Part shown: positions 32,701 through 45,100 of the stretch, one piece after another
How the letters are laid out: each line of letters begins with the position of its first letter
Position numbering within the stretch: the first letter of the stretch is position 1
Assembly (NCBI GenBank): GCA_000708835.1
Contig: DF237066.1
Span: 1-64,000, forward strand
Direction of reading: 5' to 3'
Length of the DNA: 64,000 nucleotides
Source: Klebsormidium nitens
Lineage: Eukaryota > Plantae > Klebsormidiophyceae
The notes under the pieces: generated by a model
The model's input: the letters and a program-made list of their open reading frames with translations, nothing else
The model's database searches: none
What the model was told of the DNA's origin: nothing
Made by a program: the position numbers and the translations under genes

Positions 32701-35338
32701 TTCCTTCGTCGAAAGGCACTAGCGTCTCAATCATTCACAATCTCTCGAAGCACTTGATTTTATGTATGGACAATAAAGTGAGATCCTTCCTGCATGCAAG
32801 ACGCACTGGTCCTGAACTGGAGCGAAGGGAGGTGTTGGATCATTACTAGAACGAAATTGGCGGCGCTCCAGGAAATTGTCTCCACACAGCACTCAAGCCA
32901 CCAATCGCTCAACCAGTAATGTGGCCTTTGCCCGTTTCCCCTGATGAAATATCGTGTCCTTATGGTAGGACGTCGTAGTCCACGGCAAGTACACACAGGG
33001 GCCCCAGCGAATGCTAAACTCTCCAATGCTCTTCTTTATCGCCACACGGCTGTACTTTCAAAGATGCCCCATGGACTTTTTCTGTCACCCTGCTTCCAGA
33101 GGCGCCAGCCATTTTTCACAAGTGAGTTTTTAACCTGCGGCGTTCAAAAGCACAGTGGCACCTGATGCGTGACGCCAGGTGATGCTGTCCCTCGTGAAAG
33201 GTGGGTCAACCAGGACCATTTTGATGCCTAGAAAGAAAGATGAAGGACGACATATCTTGCACAAAAACCAAGAACAAAAGGTGCCGGCCAGCACAAGCTG
33301 CGCCAGCCTACGCGCCAGCAAAACCGCAACCAGACTGAAAAATAGACAACGGAGTATGTAAGAAGCTCACCTTTGCACGTATGTCAAGACAAGCTGCGTC
33401 TTGCCCATCCCCCGCCGGCTCCGCACGAGCACGGTGCGGCGGCCGAGCGGAGGCACATCTCCCAGAACCTGCTGCATTCTCATCAGCAGCGCGTCCCGCC
33501 CCCGGAATGTCGAAATCGGGCTCGGCAGCGAGTTGTGCTTGGCCGCCCGCTGCTCCGGGGACCCCAGGAGTACCGCTTGGCTGCGCGAGACGAGGGCCCC
33601 CGGGACGCGGAAGTCGGGTTCGGCGCACAGCTGGCGCCGCAGTTGCTGGAGGAGCGCAATCAGCGAGGCGGCTGGCTCGATGGAGTCCGTGTCCTTGAGG
33701 GGCGCCTGGAGAAGTGCAATAGTGTGTCAAGTGGAGCTAAATGTTAGCCAGATTTGAGGTTTTCGGCGTCTCCATTTCTCAGCAATTGGGGTCACGCCGT
33801 CAACTCTTTCTTCCTTGTTGACGTTAAGAAAGAAAAGAGGAGGAAACGCGGCGAGTTGGAAGGCGCAGGAGCCTGGAAGGGGTAAGGATCTCTGTTGTTG
33901 AGTGGTTGTTTGATAGTGGACCACTTTAAGGGGAGCGCCTCAGCGTCCTCAGTCCTGGAGTTGGAGGGGCAGAGGCAAGGCCAGGAAAACTAGGTATGCC
34001 ATCTTCAGAGATTTACAATGTTGAAGATTGAGGCGTCCACCTCATTTGATACTCTTCCCCTCTTTTCTATGTTGTACAACAAAACGAGAAAACGCTTGGC
34101 AGGAAAAGTAGGATGAACTGGATGCTCAAAAGTTCAAAAGCCAACCCTCGTAGGCAAGAGACGACTCGGCAGAGGCATAACAGAGGGCAGACTATCCAGT
34201 AAAAACAAATTTAATAAGTTGTGCGTTCTGACGGAGGACTCTGGCCTACCAGTGCAAAAAGCTGGTGTATACACACAACATGAGCTCTGCATGATCTTTC
34301 CATCGAAAGTGCACCCTATATCATGATTGAAATTTTTGACATTGCCTTGGCAGACCCGGTCTAGCTCTCTTCAGGCTCTGGTTGCAAAACACTGGCAGCT
34401 TGATTTGCTGTCGTGACCAAAAGGGGGATGCATAATTCAAGTAGCAATGAAGCAATGCTGCTGTAACCACAAAACCACGTGCAATGCAGACTGAAGCGAC
34501 TCTCGGGTTTGGCATGCTCAAAAGCTCGTTTGATTTTTGGAGTCATTCCTCGAAGTACGCCAGGATCCTGAAATGATAGCAGATCGGGATGATGCGCCAC
34601 AGAACCAGGTCCTCAGAGGATCAGCTGATTGTCAATACTAGACGCCGAGAGCATTGCCTCAGCATCCCTCAACCAGCCAATCACGTCGGTTTCTTCAAGC
34701 TCTTCCAGAGCTGATTGCATCACTTCATAACCAACTCGTATCTAGTCTGTATCTTGTCGACAACAGGCCACAAATGCATATTTCGTCAAGTGTTTGACAC
34801 AAAACTTCCGCAAAAGGGAAGGCAACATCCCCACAGGGCCCTCTGTGTCACTCTGCGTACATTTCAAGGTCCTCTTACCTGTGACCACAGTCCCAACCAG
34901 AGCACATAAGACAGGGGGACCAGCAATTCATTGAGACTAGACACAATTCTTCCCCAAGGTCGCACGCAATCACAAACTTCTCACCTTAAGCAGTCCCACC
35001 GTCTGAAGGAGCGCTGTGACCGTCTCTTCCAGGAGACCTTGTGTAAATTGGGTCAGACCTGTGCCATACTGGTCGAGCGGCTGCGTCAGATCACGCGCCG
35101 CACTTTCCAGGGCCTCGGCAGGGCCCTCGTTGGAGCCAGATCTGGCTAGCTGTGCAATCATTGCAATGAGGTCAAAGGCAGCTGACAGCAGGCTGCCATT
35201 TCGCGACCCAGCAGCCTTGCGAACCTCTCCCTCTATCGTCAGTTTGCCTTCCTTGCTCCAACTGGTTTGGTCTGTCGCACTCAGCAGCGACAGGCACCGC
35301 ACCAGCAAGTCTGCCGGTGGGGGCTCAGAGGGTGGCAT
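23741..35338 (-). CDS. NLR-like STAND protein: helical N-terminal domain, NB-ARC, then TPR repeats interrupted by an S/P-rich disordered segment
   Basis: Phase-consistent exons 33705-33371, 32616-32316, 31470-30809, 30682-30640, 30265-29971, 29076-28785, 28184-27493, 26567-26329, 24891-24686, 24149-23741. Probable first exon 35338-34985; its link to 33705 is unresolved. Motifs: TFRGRDALL, P-loop SRRGMGKT, YDKVLWLSAS, Walker B LLLVIDGAD, HLVVTTS, and TPR units such as LGSVHMCRKRYAEAQPLFNRALTI and MAECAEAQGRKEKAQPLLERAVGI. Confidence 0.85.
24891..25530 (-). repeat. Intronic array of 3' splice site + exon-start copies
   Basis: cctcacgtcgta...gcag|gcg..ggcgcttc recurs at ~24891 (real), 25050, 25210 and 25490, plus a partial unit at ~25360-25380. 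Confidence 0.85.
29782..29858 (-). repeat. Intronic copy of the exon 3' end + donor (real junction at 29971)
   Basis: cctgcaagcttggctgcttgcgtctgcgcctgccagatatgcg versus cctgcgggctcggctgcttgcgtctgcgcctgccaaatctgcg. Confidence 0.9.
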
Positions 35339-37103
35339 GGCGGAACCTTATTGAAACAAAAAGCTTACTTTCAAGGAAGTACGTCACAATCTCGAGATTG
35401 TCCTCAAGTACTCAAATTGGCGTCCGAAAGGAAGGTACTTGGCCAGAACCCCTTTCAACGTGTTCTGCGAGATCAGCCTGAGCAAGGCAACCTCATTCTC
35501 CGTGCTTGGTGCTTCTCTAGATGCACCCAGCCCAGCAACCGCCTGCAGAAGAACGTTCTATGGATCGCTTTGCCAGTGTCTTCTTGTGTTGCTCCAACCG
35601 TTGCAAAACGCATTTCCAAGGGAGCTGTCTAGCGTCGCCTTCTCTTTCAAGAGCTAAATTGATCAGAAGTGACTGCAGTCTGCATGTCCACTTCAAAGCG
35701 TCCTCAAAAACCGAAAATCAGGGAGCTTCGATTTACTCCCGCAATCAGCGAATCTGTAAGTTCAGAGGCGTCGATTGCTGAACCAAAGCTTTTTCAACCG
35801 TCCGTCTTTCCACGCGTACACGGATATTGACCATCCTAATTGGCACGGTGAGTACCAGGAACGCCGCAGTCAGCAGATCCATAAAGGTACGGACCGTGAG
35901 GGAAAGAGGCAGCCTTAAAACCGGCCAAAATTCTGTTTGCCCCTAAAATCAGAACCCCGTTTATACACGCAAAAAGGGAAATTTTGTTGGTCAAGATCCT
36001 TCACAGGTTTCCCAAACCTTTCTACCGGGTTCTCTTGCACACCAGATTTCGAGAGGGATTTCCCTTGCCGGTACAGACCACAAGTCAGAGTGTGCACACC
36101 AACACTGCGGTGACGCAAAGCTATCATTCGAGCTGACACCCCGTCATCTGTTTGCAGAGTCAATGCAGACTGAAGAGTATTGCTTGCGCAACCGGAGTGT
36201 CAATACCAGTGCCACCTGGGTAAGACAAAAAGCGTCAATCATATGATCATGACAATCAGATCTCCTAAATTCTCGGAACAAAATATGCGCCGTGAATGAG
36301 TTTTAAAGCACATCCAACGGTTAGAATCTAGGAGCCTACATCGACGGCTGAGACGAGCTTCAGGCATGTGCCGGCAGGCCGGGATTGACGGTTGCTCGCG
36401 GCAAAAAGTACTCGCCCGGGGGTACCGTGACGGCCCCCGGGCGGGTCGCTCCGCTTCCGAATTTGGATTAACTTGGATTAACCTACTTTGGATTAAGGTA
36501 GAGCCTAACGTGTGCGGGCAGCGGCAGGTGCCCGGTCCTGGTTCGTGCAGGGTTAATACTTTTGCGTTTTGACCGCTTTCAATTTCAAGTTAGCGAGCTC
36601 TGATTCCTGAAGCTTGATGGCTGTTGACGCCCCCGACCAGAGGTGCACGAGGTCCTGTTGTTCCGGGAATCAATCGTTGCATGCTCATTGCTACCTCTAA
36701 CTGTCGATCCAAGACGGTTAATATGGGAGGTATATTATTGGTGTTAATAAAATTATTGCCTGGCGCTAGCCTTGAAAGTCACGTCTGCTCTCTTGAAAGA
36801 AGCCAAGAGAACACGGATCGAGGACAATGCGACGATGCTAGGTAGATAGCGAAGGTTAGCAGATGTCCCAGGCGTCTTGCCTACTAGAGACTATTTTGCA
36901 GCATACTTCGCAGCGAGCCTGGCGGGCGGTCTGCTGCTTTTCTTTCAGAAAGGAGCAAGCATAGTTATATGTGAGCCTGAACAGGACGCTGTCGCTGCGA
37001 AACAAAGCTCGGGTGCCAGGCACAGTGAAACTTTTGTTCAGAGGAAGTAGCTATCCACCAAATTCACTTCACTAGCATTGAGTCTAGCTGGCGTCGCTAC
37101 TAG

Positions 37104-40100
37104 ATGGAGGTCCGGCCCCGCCGCACGCTGGCCTCACTGGCGCCGCTCGCCCTAGCAGTGGCGTTGTTGCTTGCCTTTGCCCTCTGGGAGGCAAATCGCT
37201 GGAATGAGGGCGCTCCGCACACGCAGCACATCGGCCGCTTGATATCCTTGTCGAAAGCAGTGACCGCTTCTGTCAATAGAAAGCCCGCTTGTGCTTTGGA
37301 GGGGGGGGCCGCGAATGGGGCGGGAAAGAGTGAGTTGATGTCAGCAGGCGGCAAGGTGGTGTCGACGAAAGATGGAGCGGAAATTAACGCGCCACTGGCG
37401 CGATGCTCGTCCGCCACTCTTCTGGGGGGGTGGGACAACAACACATATGTCCCCCTGCCGTACGACGCGCTCGCGCCGTTCCTGGATGAGGCGCGGGGGA
37501 TGTTATCGCAGGCGGAGCGCCGCTTTTTCTTGCCGCGCAGAGAGGGTGTCGAAGTTGCGCCGAAGTACCTTCCTGTGAACAATCCAGTTGGCCTGTCAGA
37601 AGATGAGCCCGTCTCATTTCATCCCCCCTGCTACTACCACTTCTACAACAAAAAGGAGATTATGCGGCTGTTTGCGGGCAAGTGGGTGTACTTTCTGGGG
37701 GACTCAAACACGCGGGGGATGTTTATCGGTTTTCTTGCAACCTTAGATCCTGAGCACCGATCGCCATACGTAGATGAGAAGTGGTTCAACGGCACAAAGG
37801 ACGAGGTCAATTGGCCGCACGTGAACAACATCCATTACTTCTTTAGAGAGGATGGGTCCATCTTGTTCAAGACTGGCAGAGGATCCACGGATCAATTGCC
37901 GACTTTTCCGGAGAGCGGGTATAGCTTCCGGCTGTCATACACGATGAGTCATGTAAGGCCACCAAAACACTTTGTTCACACAGGGTCTGTCTGTCCTTTG
38001 GCATGCTTACAGCTACTTCTGAGCTGAACTTCACTTTTAGTGAGAAGGTTTAGGCTAGACCAATCAAATTGCTGTTAAGTGACGTTAGAACCTCATAGGC
38101 CTTTGCAGGGTTTGCTTCTTGTTAACTTCAATTTTAGAGAAAAGGTTTAAGCTAGACCAATCAAATTGCTGCTGAGTGACGTCAGAACTTCATAAGCTTT
38201 TGCAAATTGTGCTTCTTGTTCAGGGATGCAAGACCTTCCTTGCGGGGCCATGCTTTACGGGTGTTCATGCTGGGCAATGGACCTCCCGTGACAGCAATCT
38301 GCGTGATGCCAGAACGATACAACTCTGCTTTCGCCAACTATAGAGAGATTGAAATGGCCGTCAGTTGTTTTCTGAGTACCTTTTGCTCAGAGGACCTTTC
38401 ACAAATCAACGCATTGATTGCCTTCTGATTGATGTTCGTTCAAGGAGATGAGCTTCTGGTACCAAAGTGCAGAGGCATCGGATTAGGCGCCCAACAGGCC
38501 TCTTTATCCATGCTCTTCTACTTGGTGTTGGTTGTCGGTCAATCAAACACACATGCTTCGTACGAAGTACCCGTTTTCGGTCCCTTTAGCGTCCACTTCG
38601 ACTATGAGCGCCTGGTGCGAAAATCCGCCGGGATTCTGCCCTCAAAAAGTGCGGGCCAAAGAAAGTTCGAAAGCCTGACGGTTCTTCTAATTGAAGCTTT
38701 TCCTTGCTAATGACCCCGAACACAGGTACTTCTGACAGTCTTTACGTCAGCCTTATCAATCGATCTGATGAACATCGCAGGACATGAGTATCTGCAGGAG
38801 ATTTTGAAGGAGGTTGAATGTGTTCTGTTGCCTATAAATCAATCAGAGAATGCTTCCAACAGTCTTCAAACCAGCCTTACTGCCCGTGATACACACTTCT
38901 GTCTTCTTCAATTGCGTAGAAACGAGCCCCATCCGACCGACCAATATCTTCACCTGAAGTTTCCTTTCAGGAGAATGAATCGAAACAATCGGCGCATTGA
39001 CCTCTCTTCTTTGCGCCGCTTCGTGCTGCAGACAGTTCGGCAAACCCGACGGCCCCGTGGTACATTTTGAAGGACATGACTTATCTGACTGATACTATGA
39101 AGGAGGTCCAATGCGCGCTCTTTCTTATCAAACAACCACGAACGACTTCCAACGTTTGTCACACCAACCTTAATGAGTTGATTATTCCTGCAGGACATCG
39201 AGTATCTGACGAAGACCATGAAGGAGGTCCAATGCGCTCTCTTTCTTGTCAACCAACCACGAAATACTTCCAACGTTTGTCTTACCAACCTTATTGACTC
39301 CGACTAAACCTTTTGCAGGACATCGAGTATCTGATACAGACTGCGAATGAGACTTTGGGCGACGGCGAGTGGGCGCCAGACGTGCTCCACTTCAGCTCCG
39401 GTGCTTGGGACTCGGGCGCCCTAAAACGACCAGAGGAGTGGAATCTCACACGGGTGGACAGGGGTTATGGCCGAATGTTCGACTTAATTGCGGAAAAGTG
39501 CAACCCCAAACGCCAGGTATGCTGCCGGTTGCTTACATAAGCTGTGCTTCTTTTTGTAGACATAATGAAATGAATCACTCGCTGAGATTAGTTGAAGGCA
39601 TTGCGTGGAGACTGCTGGGCTTTGTAAAACTTGGTCGTAATCGTTGTCGACAAGCTTCGGCAGTTAACGATTGGTTGTACCATGCTTGCGAGCATGCCCT
39701 GTTTTGCCGAAGTTCTTTCCATTGAAAAGTACGTCCAGCGATTGAGAAATTGAATCATCACCCGCTGGTGCTGGTTGGTTGGAAGGAAACCTACATTCGT
39801 TATGTTTGGGGTTTAAGGCTTGTCTGAGCAGCTTGTCCGGACCTGTCTATGTCTGACCACAGAAATACAGAAGGACGACAGACGCAAAGTTCGAGGTGGT
39901 TGCTCGCTAAATTGAACGGAAACTTCTTTCTGCCTGTGCCCTTCTACCCTTCTCGAGCCTCACTGAGTGTAGATTCTTGCCGCTTCCCTGTTTTTGAAAT
40001 GGCGGCTTGCGTCTTCTGCACACATTTCATGCCGTCAGTCTTCCAAGCTTTCTGGGCCATCAATTCCATCGCTTCTTCTATACGTTTTCCCTCATCCAGC

Positions 40101-41146
40101 GCAACGGCAGACCCTTAACTCAGACTGCCATGACCTGACATTATAAGCTGATCAATCTTGCTGTGCTCACCAGCCTTCCCCTCTCGTTGATAATAAAACA
40201 TGGCTCTTGGTTCGCTCGTTCTTGAAAGCGATGATCTCGAAGGACTCTTTGAGTTCAACAAATGGGCAACCTTTCTTCTTCCAAAACGATTTCAGAGTTG
40301 GACAATGCCAGAAGCCGGTGGTCTTCGGCTTTCAACAAAAGTTAGCAAGCGGACCGATTCCTTGAGGAGGTCTATTTCCTAACCGGTTTTCGTGGATTCA
40401 AACTTGGCGAAGCGCAAAGACAGCTGTTCGCGACCCGAACGTACCATAAATGCATCAGGGAATGAGTAGTTTGTGAGGCATCAAAAAAATCTGTAAAGCA
40501 GGATCCGATCTTATGATGGAGCCGTTGCTTTCGGGGTTTTATGCGGTTCCATGGAGAGTGACACGCTTCTAAACTGAGAGAATCTTGAATTAGGATTAGA
40601 GAGCATGCGAAGCAAACGGACACTCCTAACCCATCTCCGCAGGTATGCTTTTGGGGCACCATCGGCAGTCTGCAACAAGTCGACGATTCTTGGTGGGACG
40701 GCTTAGCCGTCTTGCAGTGGCGACACTGGGCGCGAATCCACACGCGCCAAGTGGACGCAGGAAATGCGTCCACGTTGCACATTCTGGACCGTTACTGGAT
40801 GGCGTTCAACCGGCTTGACCAGAATTTTGGCGGCCATATGACGACGGCGTTCAACTCGTGGATGCCGCAGATCATGATGAACGCTTATCATAGCATCGCA
40901 GAGGACCGAGGGTTACTAGCAAACCCGGTTCAGTTGGCACAACCAAGTCGGAGCTACCGTGCGGACGAAGTCGAATGCGTGTTATTGCCGGGGGACGAGA
41001 AAGGGCGGAAAGTGAAGTGCGAAAAGTATCCGTTGAGGGTCGACTTTGAGGAGGGGTGCACAATCGATCGAGATACGGATGTGCAGAATGCGGGGGACAC
41101 GCATATCATGTGGGCACGGAGCTGCGATCCGCAAGTAACTCTGTAG
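37104..41146 (+). CDS. PC-esterase / SGNH-fold (TBL-like) membrane-anchored acyltransferase or esterase
   Basis: Exons 37104-37952, 39319-39516 and 40643-41146, all joined in phase 0. N-terminal signal anchor LAPLALAVALLLAFALW, GKWVYFLGDSNTRGMF (GDS motif), PDVLHFSSGAWD, VCFWGT, and a candidate catalytic D..H region NRLDQNFGGH. Confidence 0.85.
38027..38220. repeat. ~97-bp tandem duplication in intron 1 of the PC-esterase gene
   Basis: Two units, aacttca.ttttag.ga.aaggttta.gctagaccaatcaaattgctg...gcttcttgtt. Confidence 0.9.
38771..39318 (+). repeat. Three intronic copies of the acceptor + first 11 codons of exon 2, each followed by GT
   Basis: 38781-38812 (32 nt), 39073-39105 (33 nt, DMTYLTDTMKE) and 39194-39226 (33 nt, DIEYLTKTMKE), versus the real exon start DIEYLIQTANE at 39319. 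Confidence 0.85.
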
Positions 41147-42140
41147 TCCCTTGGTTGGGGAAGAATCTGTATTTAAAGTATCGTCAACAAACCAGCTAGC
41201 TTGAACCAAGGCACGCGCAGCTAAAACTTGCAAGTCAAGATACAATTCCTGTATAGGTCTTGCGCGCGCTAAAATTCTAGATTGTGCTAGGCTAGTAAAC
41301 TTAAACTCGGCCTGTAAATTACAAATATCTGTTCACGCGGCCGGGTGTTGCAAGACGCTACGCGTATCATGTACTTCAAAGTATTTGCTCGCAACTTTTG
41401 AAGATGAGTCTCAGGTGTGCTTTACCAAGGTCGATCATGGGCGAAGGGAAAGCTAGGTCGACGATGTACATGCACGCAACCGCAGTCTATGCTGGAAATT
41501 ACTTGCCAGCCAGTTCTGAGACCGGCGGCGGCGGGTGGATAGCTGTTTAAAGCGCGTGCCGTTATTGGGCACGACTGGCACACAGACACTTACCGCCATC
41601 ATCATTGAGCATGACAGAGCTAGACGACGGACGGTACATGCACATGCATGCATGCACTATTGTCAATTGCAAACAGGCGGCACGCGCAACGGGGCCACTA
41701 GGATCCCTAGTCACTGAAAGTAAATTATCATGTATATGGCGGCCCATGTGCTATAATGATTAGCTAGCTACATGGCATGCTTTCACTTAATATCACGAGC
41801 CTTCACAAATGTCACGCACGTGGAGAACACACGATGCCAGCCAAATAGACCATGTTCGGATCTGGCTGATTGCACTTCCTTCGTTCGCAAATGCTTCAGA
41901 TTTCAAACAGATACCGCACAAATACCACCCCAGACGAGGTCAACAAGACAGGAAATCTCGTGACAGGATCTTTGGGCCTACCAACGTGCCACAACAGACG
42001 CTTCCATCTCCAACTCTTTCATCAGACTCTCCTCCGCCTTTCTTTAGAAACGAGCTTCGTACTTATGATGAGGCAACCGCCCTCTCCCGAGTCTGCATAT
42101 TGTTTTCTAGCTTTTCGCTTTCTCACGCTTGTCACCATCA

Positions 42141-45100
42141 TCACTTTCTTATCTGCGTAAAGCGCGGATCCCCGCCGGCGGGCGGCCCGCCAAAGCTGGG
42201 GGCGCCGCCCAAACCTCCAAACCCTCCGCCTTGTGCCGCGGCACCGGCGAACCCTGAAAACCCAGGACTTGCTGCACCTGCCACGTATGAGAAGAACTTT
42301 TCAATCCCTAGAAGCGGGCGATTCGGCGGTGCTGTAAAAGAGGGCGTATATTTGGGCGGCTCACAACGTCAGCACGGGTTAGTGACAAGCAGAATTTCGG
42401 GCTCGGGGAATATTGCTGCCAACTTGGGCCTGTCGGCGACACGAGTGCGCAGAGGTACACTGCACAGTCGCCGTGTGACGTCAGGGGACGACTCCTTCGA
42501 CGACCTCTTCAAGGCAGCCGAAAACCCGCCACGGACACTGTATACCTGACTGATGGCAGCGGAAACGGCGGCTACGAAGGCGACCTAGATACTTGGAGTT
42601 GCTAAAGTAAGAACGGTACTCTAAAACTTTCTTCAAGACAGGAAAGTACTCGCTACCGGTGGAAGTGACGCCAAATCCACGAGGTCCGAGTCAGGCAGCA
42701 AGCGCTGCAGCAAACGCAGGCTGAATGCATTTCGCGACTCATCGGATGGTTCCAGGATATCGAGCCCAATCCCGACAGATTCTGAAGAACACACTCGGCA
42801 GCGCACACCGGCAAAAGCAGCTCTAGATGGGAAGTGTCGAGCCGTTTGTTCAAGTCTGTCGTGACCATCTCATATTTTACCTCTTCGTCTTGCCATGCTG
42901 CAAACTGCACAGAAAAGCATCTAAAAGCTCACCTCCGAAGCCTCCAAACCCTGAGCCAGGCGACGAAGCCGCGGCCGCAAAGCCCCCGCCACTGGACTGG
43001 CCGGCAAAACCTCCAAACCCTCCGGAGAGTTTAGCCGCGAAGCTGCCGAAGGCGCCCGCGGTCGGGGCGCTCCCAAATGCGGGCGCCGATTGGGCGACTC
43101 CTGCGGGGCAAGAGACGGAATTTGAAGCGTCATAGGCGTTGGTGATACTCGTTTGCGCGATCTCGTTTGCGTGGTAAGCTCTGAAGCTACTCATTCACGC
43201 GACAGACGTTGACCTGATCATCGTTCTTTGCTACCACTCATCCCTGAACGTTCCTGGTAGGACTCAAGTCACTGAGAGAGACGTTGATCTGATCATCGTT
43301 CTTCGCTACCCACTTATCGCTAAACGTTTCTGAATGGTATACTTAAGGATCCAGGCACTGATTGTGTCAGTCCACACGAGTTTTGCGCAGAACCCTCGCT
43401 AAACCTGGGGACCAAGGAAGAATCGTTCAGTGGCGGAAAAGAAGGGGAGTAAGTACGAGCCCTGCTTCGCTCCTCACGTCTGGTGTTCCAACTGCTACCA
43501 GAGATGGTGTAGCCCATTTTGCGTTTCATGACGAAGCTCACACTCGGAGCGCCAGGCCATATTTCTGCTTTGCTCAACCGTTTCCGCTTACCTCACAGAA
43601 GCTCGCTCAAAACCCATCAGTAACCGCAAATACTGGGTCATTTACTGCTTCGCCCCTAGAAATATGGACACATCAGATAGCTTGTTGAATCGCTTTATAG
43701 CAGATGCTCACCAGGCAGCGCCGGCCCCAGCGTTCTGCTCTGTCCAAACCCGCCGACCATCCCCCCGATAACCTGGTTTGATGACGTGGCTCCTCCGATC
43801 TGCCCCGGACTCCCAAACCCGGAACTGGCCGGTTGCCCAAAGCCTGAACCCCCAAACCCTGGGCTCGCGGGCTGCCCAAACGCTGATCCCGCAGTCGGCG
43901 CGCCAAACGGCGATGTGATTTTACCAAACCCACTTGGGTTAGCTGAGGCAGTGAAAGGAGAGCTGGCCCCCGGGAGTGCAAACGAGGCCGGTTTGAAGAG
44001 CGCGTTTGGGTCCGAGGGGGGGGCGGAGATGGCGGGGGAAGGAGCCCCGGGAGACGGGAACGACGTTAAGCCGAACGGGCTCGGTTTGGAGGGGTCAGCC
44101 GGGGTTGCGCTTCCTAACCCAAAACCTCCAAACCCACCAAACCCGCCGAGGGCCCCAGCCGCGTTCGAAACGTCTTCTTCGTCCATAGACTCTTCTTTCT
44201 CTTCCTGGGGGGGTGGAATTGGTGGCGCTGGAGGAGGGGGGGCGAAAGACTGCATCGCAGGCTGGATTTGCGCAAATGCAAAAGGAGATGGGGTTTTCAC
44301 ACTTGGTGGGGACGAGAACGGAGAAGCAGAAGCAGCCACCGGAGACGAGGGTGTGAATGCGGGGAACGCCGTACTCGAAAAGAGGGCTCCCGGAGACTGT
44401 GATTGAGGGGGGGTGGTTCCGAACGGGGAACTGGGCACCTCCGTCGGGGGTGTCCGGGGGCTTTCCGGATTTTCCGGCGCTTCTGGGGGAGGCGGGCCGT
44501 CCGGTGCTGACACCGGTTTTTGGGCTGGAGCGGGAGAGGACACTTGCTCGGGCAGTTTGGTGTCAACCGGGGCGTTTTCCGCAGCCTTTGGACCTTCCGG
44601 TTTTTGCTCATCCTCGTTTGCTGACTGCCCGGTCGCTCGATCTGGAGTCCCAGCCTGCTGCTCTTTGCTTTGATCGAGACTGCTTGACGGCTCTTGCTCC
44701 TCTGCTGAAGGGATTTGCTTCTCCTCTCCGCTCTTTGAATCCAACTTGAAAGCGAGGGGTTTGAGGAACGGCGCCGCAGAGACACCGAACGGGCTCGGCG
44801 TTTCGCCCGTTGTCGCAGTCTGCGGTTTGGCAAACCCTGCAAATGAGACCGGGGGAGCCGCGCTTACTGCTCCAAAGAGGTTTGGTGGTTTAGCCCCTTC
44901 CGAAGCCCCTTGTTTCCCTGCTCCAAAATTGAAGGACTGGCTAAAACCGGCGAACCCGGAAGCGGCCCCAAACGATGCAAACCCAACCGCAGGGGCTTTG
45001 GAGGTTTCTGGCGCTTCTGACGTGGCAGCTTCGGGCTGTGCCACGTGTTGTTTCCCCGTTTTCGGCGCTGACGTGTCGACCGGCGGCGCTTCCGTTCGAT

